DNA of 30,418 nt from a virus. The DNA lies in the IMG/VR virus record IMGVR_UViG_3300033489_000513, one strand, 5' to 3'. Position numbers and translations under genes: made by a program. The notes beneath the pieces are model-generated. The model was given only the letters and a program-made list of their open reading frames with translations. It was not told where the DNA came from and searched no databases. Positions 24,526-30,418 of this stretch are shown piece by piece (within the stretch, counting starts at the first letter, position 1; the number at the start of each line of letters is the position of its first letter).

Positions 24526-24967
24526 TTTTTTGTATCAATTAGTTCCACGTAAGAAAAATCTTCCTTCCTTTGCAATTCAGGATTATTTTTATATAAAAAT
24601 GTTTGAATTAGGGGTTGGTTTCCCAATTGCAGCAGGGTCTGGGCTCCAGCGAGGATCCCTTGCATATGCCCATGATAATGCAAACCGAAATCCTTTCCAA
24701 CATGAAGGATATTATATTACACAATCCCAATCTCAAGCAATGGCGCTTGTAGCGGAAGGAATTCGCATTCTAAGATATGGTATGAAAGAACAATGGGACC
24801 ATTTTACAGACCAAGAAAAAGGGAAAATTACTTCTGATTGGATTGACGTTCCTTATCTATGGCGTGGACTGATTATTTTAAATGAATCTTTGCAAAATGA
24901 ATTTCTGAATTTATTACAACGATTTTATGATTTTGCAATGAAATCGGGGGGGTTTTGGATACGTTAA
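24497..24967 (+). CDS. Hypothetical protein, 156 aa
   Basis: ORF track; ends F...SGGFWIR. Confidence 0.65.
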   Translation: MKLNRKRKVNFLYQLVPRKKNLPSFAIQDYFYIKMFELGVGFPIAAGSGLQRGSLAYAHDNANRNPFQHEGYYITQSQSQAMALVAEGIRILRYGMKEQWDHFTDQEKGKITSDWIDVPYLWRGLIILNESLQNEFLNLLQRFYDFAMKSGGFWIR

Positions 24968-25509
24968 TCGATATTGATATAGACGGAGTTTTATTGGATT
25001 CGATGGGAGCATTCTTACGAGAGACTTCATTGGGCAGAGTGAAAGATTGCACAGATTATGATCTCGATAAAGTTTTTGGAAAGGGAACTTTTCTCGCATT
25101 CAAAAAATTCATTAAAGATTATTCAGAGCGGATATTTCCTTATCCAAAAGCGATGGAATCTCTTGCCAGATTGAGCGAGAAATATCAAATTCAAGTTTGC
25201 TCCACGCGAGATGAAGAAGAACAAAAACTCTTTGAAAAACAATATCATTATCCTGTTATTTCCAAACATTCGTTGACTAAATGTTATTACGAAGCAATTC
25301 TCATTGATGATTATCCTCCGCGAAATTTACTTTTTGCATTTCGTGAAACTTATATTATTGAACATCCATGGAATCAAAAGGTAATTTATCCTTCTTTCAA
25401 TGGTTCGACAAAATATTGGAATTCATTTAAAGAAGTAACGAAATATCTTCTCGAAATTGATGAAAATTATTGGATGGAATTAAAATGGGTTGGTTCAAAG
25501 AATTTATAA
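24955..25509 (+). CDS. HAD-superfamily phosphatase (5'(3')-nucleotidase-like)
   Basis: IDIDGVLLD, CSTR, LIDDYP, PWN. Confidence 0.85.
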   Translation: MDTLIDIDIDGVLLDSMGAFLRETSLGRVKDCTDYDLDKVFGKGTFLAFKKFIKDYSERIFPYPKAMESLARLSEKYQIQVCSTRDEEEQKLFEKQYHYPVISKHSLTKCYYEAILIDDYPPRNLLFAFRETYIIEHPWNQKVIYPSFNGSTKYWNSFKEVTKYLLEIDENYWMELKWVGSKNL

Positions 25510-25754
25510 AAAACTGGAAATTAGGCAACAATGTTAGAAAACAATTTGGGCAATCGCGATGGGAATGGTATTGCGAATGGTTGTTTCGGCGCAAATTCTT
25601 TCAGGGATATATGAATCTTCCTCCAGAAATACAAAATCAAATAAAGATTCTTGTCCACAAAATTAATCCCGAAGAGTCGGAAGATGTTACTCAAAAGGTC
25701 GATACAGCGGCGAAAATTACCGAAATGAAGAAAATGAAGATAAAGTGGGATTAA
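25485..25754 (+). CDS. Hypothetical protein, about 89 aa
   Basis: ORF track; GGA upstream of ATG 25485. Confidence 0.55.
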   Translation: MGWFKEFIKNWKLGNNVRKQFGQSRWEWYCEWLFRRKFFQGYMNLPPEIQNQIKILVHKINPEESEDVTQKVDTAAKITEMKKMKIKWD

Positions 25755-25885
25755 TGATTTGCCTTGTGTGTGGTTATATGGGTCCCGCATCCCCTCTTTA
25801 TATCAAGGAAAAGGAAAAACGTTGTCCAAAATGTCATTGTCTTCTTAGTTCTGAATTTCGAAATTTAGAAGAAAAAAAGGAATAA
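25754..25885 (+). CDS. 43-aa Zn-ribbon microprotein
   Basis: MICLVCGYMG...RCPKCHC; TAATG overlap. Confidence 0.6.
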   Translation: MICLVCGYMGPASPLYIKEKEKRCPKCHCLLSSEFRNLEEKKE

Positions 25886-25889
25886 TTAT

Positions 25890-26423
25890 TTACTTGGGCT
25901 CTGAAGTCTCAATTTTTACCTTATTAATTGCTACTAACCGTTCCACGAGACTTGTATTGAAGTTCTCGGTAAGATTGGTTTTCTGCGTGTTGAGATCGAG
26001 TTTGTGTTTTAATTCGGTAATTTCTTTTTCTTTCTCTTTTGCGTCCGTACCCGCCATTTTCTGATATGCGGTAAAACCGATGACTACTAATCCACCGAAT
26101 AACATCATCAAAAATGTCTTCAACTCGTTCATCATTTCAATTCCTCCAATGCCAGTATAAATGAGTTGAAGGAGTGGGGCTTGGATGAGAGCAAATAATG
26201 ATGCAAATACACCAATTATGATCTTCCAGTCCCGCTTGCGGTTATAATAATTGAGGCAGTCTGGGCAATGGTGTAAGTTATCATATTGCTCGAATTCCTT
26301 TCCGCAGAATTCGCAGAGAGTTTTGGTCTTGGGAGGGTCTTTAGCCGCATTAATTTCTTCTGGCGCGGTTGCAGCCTTCTCTAATTCTTTCGCTTCAGCA
26401 TTGACGGTTTGGGGTGTGCTCAT
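25890..26423 (-). CDS. Membrane protein with Zn finger, two hydrophobic helices and coiled coil (lysis/holin-like by position only)
   Basis: CEFC...CPDC; IIIGVFASLFALI and FLMMLFGGLVVIGF segments. Confidence 0.65.
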   Translation of the reverse strand: MSTPQTVNAEAKELEKAATAPEEINAAKDPPKTKTLCEFCGKEFEQYDNLHHCPDCLNYYNRKRDWKIIIGVFASLFALIQAPLLQLIYTGIGGIEMMNELKTFLMMLFGGLVVIGFTAYQKMAGTDAKEKEKEITELKHKLDLNTQKTNLTENFNTSLVERLVAINKVKIETSEPK

Positions 26424-26620
26424 TCTGAATCACAACTATATATTTCTTTTTGGATTTTAACTAAACGAGTGTGAGTTTTCAGAATCTGTTTCTCGATATC
26501 CTTGAGAAATCCTTCGCCTTCGTGAATCTTCTGTTGGATGAGAAGTAAATGTTCCTGAGCTCCTAAAATGCGTTTCTCGATATTTCCCAAGTCTCCAATT
26601 TGTGGTTTTTCTGTGGTCAT
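26420..26620 (-). CDS. Coiled-coil microprotein, 66 aa
   Basis: ORF track; ATGA overlap. Confidence 0.6.
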   Translation of the reverse strand: MTTEKPQIGDLGNIEKRILGAQEHLLLIQQKIHEGEGFLKDIEKQILKTHTRLVKIQKEIYSCDSE

Positions 26621-26628
26621 ATTAACTA

Positions 26629-26874
26629 TTACCTCTTTTTCCGTTCGGCCTTAAGAGTTTTGCTTAATGACTTGAAAATTTTACCAAATGCTTTCAATTC
26701 TTCTATTTTCTCCACTGTCTCAAGGATAGCGTTGGCTTCCTCTCGGGTTTTTGCGATCACGCGAATACATGCCTCTATCGCCATCACGAGGAGTTCCATA
26801 TTGTGTTCTACCTCGCCAAGGCGATTGTCGATTTTTGTAATTTCAGGCGTGGGGATTTCATTCATACATTTCAA
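26629..26874 (-). CDS. Coiled-coil protein, 81 aa
   Basis: ORF track; overlaps the upstream stop. Confidence 0.6.
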   Translation of the reverse strand: MKCMNEIPTPEITKIDNRLGEVEHNMELLVMAIEACIRVIAKTREEANAILETVEKIEELKAFGKIFKSLSKTLKAERKKR

Positions 26875-27422
26875 CCTACTTTGACCACGAACATCGCCAG
26901 GATCGCAAGACTCCCTGTTCCGTTGGAACTATCCGTCTTGCGGACGGTAACCCGTAATAACGTATCTGGATTGGGGAGGACGAGTTGCGCCGGGTGTTCT
27001 CTGACATATGGAGCCTTCACCACGGTTATGTTATCGATAAATGTCGCCGTGGATGGCCCCACGATAGTCTCTGTGTTGCCATTCGTGGAGAATCCCGCTT
27101 TCAGGGACGTGTTGATTATCCCACCCGTGGGAAGTGCACTACATGCCACTGCCACGCGCAGGACATACGTACCAGCGTGGCGAATGATGAACATCGCGCC
27201 CACGGCTGCGACCGTGTTCGAGAGCGGGCACGCCATCGCGGGTAATCCATCAGCATCGAGAGCCCACGCGAATCCAGCGGCCGGGGCAGGTGCGGGCACT
27301 AATCCGCTGTCTGGAAAGATGACAGCAATTCGTTCTTCGGCTGTATAGAGACGAGCTACGTGTAGATCATCAGGTTCCACGACAAATCCAGGCGGATTAG
27401 GTCGAATCAAATCTTCGCTCAC
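26871..27422 (-). CDS. Putative virion/tail-associated beta-rich protein (about 183 aa)
   Basis: GTGA overlap with the tail gene; A/G/T/V-rich. Confidence 0.55.
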   Translation of the reverse strand: MSEDLIRPNPPGFVVEPDDLHVARLYTAEERIAVIFPDSGLVPAPAPAAGFAWALDADGLPAMACPLSNTVAAVGAMFIIRHAGTYVLRVAVACSALPTGGIINTSLKAGFSTNGNTETIVGPSTATFIDNITVVKAPYVREHPAQLVLPNPDTLLRVTVRKTDSSNGTGSLAILAMFVVKVG

Positions 27423-30418
27423 GCGGCTGCGCCTCCAGTTGATAAGCGAATGCACCACAACCTATTTGACGTGGCATTTACGTAGCCCCCTGACGAATGG
27501 TAGGCAAGCAATTCAACATAATCGTTCACCCCATCAAAATATACTACGTCAATACAAGTAGACTGCCCTTGGGAAGTTGGAGCGGCAGTCCAGGAACGCC
27601 CACGATATCCTGCTGGAGTCGTGCCATCAAACAACAAGTGCCCACCCAGCTCACCTGTGGTTGCGCCCCACGTTATTTGACCAATCACCAGATAATATCC
27701 CGCTTTGGTCGGCGTGATACGTGTATTATTACTATCTGGATTGTGCCACCCGAGCAAGTCCGAAATTTCATCCCCTGCCGCGAATGCGATTGCTGTCCAA
27801 TAACTCGATGTTATGGCTTGGGCGGCATCCTTTTCTAGTAAACACATGGGAAGCGTGAAGTCAAACCGTGCTCCGCCAGAAATCACCTGCGCTCCCATCG
27901 CAATGGGACCGCTCATCGTCCCGCCCGCGAGCGCGAGTTTCAGCGCGAGGGCATCAAAAACCGCGTTTCCCGAGGGGGCGATGGTAGTATGTCCATCAAC
28001 GATGGCATCTTCCACCAGACCAACCTTAGTATCCACGTATCCTTTGGAGGCAGCATGGAGATCATCTGTGGGGGAAGAATCTTTCAGTTTTTGGTGTCCT
28101 GTGAAATCATGTGATCCGTCCGTTTGTATTGCAGTAGTATGGACTTGTTTCAACGCCAAAGCATCAAATACAGCGTTTCCAGTTGGCGCGTGAGTTAAAT
28201 CAGAATCCGTTATAGCATCTACAAGAGTGGGATATAACATCGACCGGGAAATTATCTGTATAGCTCCAGCACCCACACTCTTAACTAACACCGTACCTAT
28301 TTCTTGCGCGAAGTTCGGGTACGATGGTAATGTTGCCGTTAGTCCTCCTGCTACTGCAGGATCCACGTATAACACGTTACCTTCTGTAAATGCGTTAGTG
28401 TCGAAATTCTCCAGCAATCCTACCTGCATTACCCGCCCGAAATTACCATCGGCGATGGCCTCGATGGTGACCCCAATTGCTGGCATCGTGCCAACTGCGT
28501 TTGCCTTTGCAAGTGCAATCGTGGGAACGTTGCCCGAGCTGCCCGATGCGTATACGGCATTACCAAGAGGAATGGCTACCCCAGTCACGTTTTTAGCCAC
28601 GAACACGGAATCCCGGACAATTTTCCGGACCATTCCAGTATCATCCTTGAAGGAGAAAAACGAGAAACCCTTAAAATCTTCCACAAACAAACGTAAGTTA
28701 TTGGGTGCGGGTGTCGCAGGGATGGCGATCTCTGTCACATCCAAGTATCCTGTTATGGGATGCGATCCATCCGTTTGTACTGCTGTGAGGTGATCTTGTT
28801 TCAGTGCCAAGGCATCGAATACGGCATTTCCCGAAGGCGCTATTGTAGTATGAGCATCTACAATTGCATCTTCGATATTGGCGGCATTTAAGAAATAAGC
28901 CGCATGAAAACCATCCACCGTATCTGCATCACCCACGAAGGTAATACCTAGTACGTGGAGAGCGCCTTCTGAATCCACCCAGAGCTTGGCACTATGAGTG
29001 GCATCATATACAAACGTCCACGCTTGGGCTTCGGAAATGGCATGCCGAAGAATACGACTTTTCAAATCATCTAAAGTCTCGGCGGGAATTTGAGCAGAAC
29101 CGACAGAAGTATTATCTTGAGTGGAAGATTGCCATTCCCCTTCGAGAGAAGTTCTTGCTTCTGCCTCTTGTTTACCCCAATCGCCAACGCTGATAGACGT
29201 ATTATTGAGGGTAAGGGTTGAAATTCCCGCTTCATGATGAATATGTTGAATGACATAAGTACCCGTTGTTATACCAATCGAATCCCATCCTTCCACATAT
29301 ATTGTTGTACCAGGTTGGATCGTATCGTCATAATTGACATCCAATGTAATAATGTCGGACCATTCTTTTCTATCTAAGAGTATTTGATCTGCATATGCCT
29401 TACAGCGATCGTAATCCCATTCTGGGTGGAATTCTTTAACGGGAATAATTCCATTTAAAGTCTGGGAATCGACATCATCTGCCTGATAGAGGACGGGACC
29501 ATTTATTTCCACGCGCCCTTTGATAATAATACGATTGGCGATTCTCCGTCCTTCATTATCAATTCTCGGTATAGAGGTATCGGTAGTTCCCTTAATACAA
29601 CTTATACCTGAAGTAGTTGTCATATCATCAAGGACGAGACGGAGATCCCCCGTATACCACCACTGATAATTTTGGAAACGATCCAACGTATTGAAAATAG
29701 AAGCAAGAGATTGATCGCCTTTATATTCAATATTATATGTAGTAGATTCCGAACTTAGGGAAGAGGTTGTAGTATAACAGTAGCTACAATAATCATTAAT
29801 AAGTGAATAAATAATATTTGTGATAGTTTTGCTAACGAAAATGTCCGTAGGTCTAATATTCTCCAATTCTTCGGTTAATCCAGCGAAATTGATTTTAATT
29901 TGATCTCCATCTTGAGATGCTCCTGAAAATCTACCCGTAAAAAGGGGATCTCCATTTGTATTTCTGATGCAAATGACAAAACCTGAAGGAATTACATTGA
30001 AATGTGTGCGATCCGTTACCGCGCTAAATGAAGCTTCATCATTTCGTATACCGAAATCTAATGATTCTTGAACAAACCAATCTCCCCAAATAGTTTCTTC
30101 GAAGGTATAAAACTTTCCCCCGTCAAACCCGCCGAATCCCCAGTCGGAATCCGTGATTTCAATGCCTCCTTCCCACGTTGAATTCACGAGGGCATCTACC
30201 GAACTATAGGCATTGTAGGTAACAGCAAAGAAATTCTTCCCATTATTATGAGATAAATATATTTTGTTTGAATCTAAAATAAATCCCCACACGCGAAAAG
30301 AAGTGCCGTTAATCGGAATGATTCGTTCTTTAGCGACCTCCGTCCACCCACTCACGATGTCCACATCGTCATTCTTGAGGAGGCACGGTTCTACGAGCAC
30401 CCCAGCGTCCGTGTAGAG
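27419..30418 (-). CDS. Large tail/baseplate protein with fibre and C-terminal receptor-binding-like domain; 5' end beyond the window
   Basis: Frame open to the window edge. Hub-like region (ANRIIIKG, DSQTLNG, IQPGTTI..YVIQHIHH), fibre repeats, and C-terminal RITPTKAGYYLV..DYVEL. Confidence 0.8.
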   Translation of the reverse strand, partial: LYTDAGVLVEPCLLKNDDVDIVSGWTEVAKERIIPINGTSFRVWGFILDSNKIYLSHNNGKNFFAVTYNAYSSVDALVNSTWEGGIEITDSDWGFGGFDGGKFYTFEETIWGDWFVQESLDFGIRNDEASFSAVTDRTHFNVIPSGFVICIRNTNGDPLFTGRFSGASQDGDQIKINFAGLTEELENIRPTDIFVSKTITNIIYSLINDYCSYCYTTTSSLSSESTTYNIEYKGDQSLASIFNTLDRFQNYQWWYTGDLRLVLDDMTTTSGISCIKGTTDTSIPRIDNEGRRIANRIIIKGRVEINGPVLYQADDVDSQTLNGIIPVKEFHPEWDYDRCKAYADQILLDRKEWSDIITLDVNYDDTIQPGTTIYVEGWDSIGITTGTYVIQHIHHEAGISTLTLNNTSISVGDWGKQEAEARTSLEGEWQSSTQDNTSVGSAQIPAETLDDLKSRILRHAISEAQAWTFVYDATHSAKLWVDSEGALHVLGITFVGDADTVDGFHAAYFLNAANIEDAIVDAHTTIAPSGNAVFDALALKQDHLTAVQTDGSHPITGYLDVTEIAIPATPAPNNLRLFVEDFKGFSFFSFKDDTGMVRKIVRDSVFVAKNVTGVAIPLGNAVYASGSSGNVPTIALAKANAVGTMPAIGVTIEAIADGNFGRVMQVGLLENFDTNAFTEGNVLYVDPAVAGGLTATLPSYPNFAQEIGTVLVKSVGAGAIQIISRSMLYPTLVDAITDSDLTHAPTGNAVFDALALKQVHTTAIQTDGSHDFTGHQKLKDSSPTDDLHAASKGYVDTKVGLVEDAIVDGHTTIAPSGNAVFDALALKLALAGGTMSGPIAMGAQVISGGARFDFTLPMCLLEKDAAQAITSSYWTAIAFAAGDEISDLLGWHNPDSNNTRITPTKAGYYLVIGQITWGATTGELGGHLLFDGTTPAGYRGRSWTAAPTSQGQSTCIDVVYFDGVNDYVELLAYHSSGGYVNATSNRLWCIRLSTGGAAA
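27938..28873 (-). repeat. Three internal protein repeats DAI.D..T.AP.GNAVFDALALK (two extended by QTDGSH..TG)
   Basis: Copies at about 28748-28873, 28097-28222 and 27938-28012. Confidence 0.85.

Noticed and set aside
26803-28793. Long plus-strand ORFs (26803-27348, 27813-28193, 28227-28793) and similar shadow ORFs elsewhere, such as 29-232 and 13875-14300
   Set aside because: They are antisense to well-supported genes, have no motifs, and are expected in stop-poor sequence.
27938-28873. Diversity-generating retroelement TR/VR pair
   Set aside because: There is no reverse transcriptase in the window, and repeat differences are largely synonymous rather than adenine-specific.

Overview
This AT-rich, gene-dense window looks like part of a tailed (Caudoviricetes-like) virus genome that most likely infects an archaeon. 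Viral evidence: a terminase large subunit, a tail/receptor-binding protein and a Bet/RecT-like annealase. Archaeal evidence: three TFB/TFIIB-like ORFs, Pth2, BRE-TATA-type promoters and many Zn-ribbon microproteins. The host lineage cannot be fixed from sequence alone. Main observations: (1) an RNA ligase gene is fractured exactly after its catalytic KxDG motif into two genes carrying complementary halves of a naturally split intein, with a free-standing Vsr/DUF559-like endonuclease gene between them. (2) A 1137-bp TnpB-only IS200/IS605 element is inserted 3' of TTAC, and its TnpB reads through in frame into the interrupted viral gene. (3) There is a dispersed RNA-repair/translation-rescue set: polynucleotide kinase, two ligases, tRNA-Ala and Pth2. 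(4) A recurrent TGTGAGAA motif sits at promoter positions. (5) An 11-bp tandem repeat lies at the main strand-divergence point. (6) There is a candidate -1 frameshift site. All assignments come from motif recognition by eye; no searches were run.
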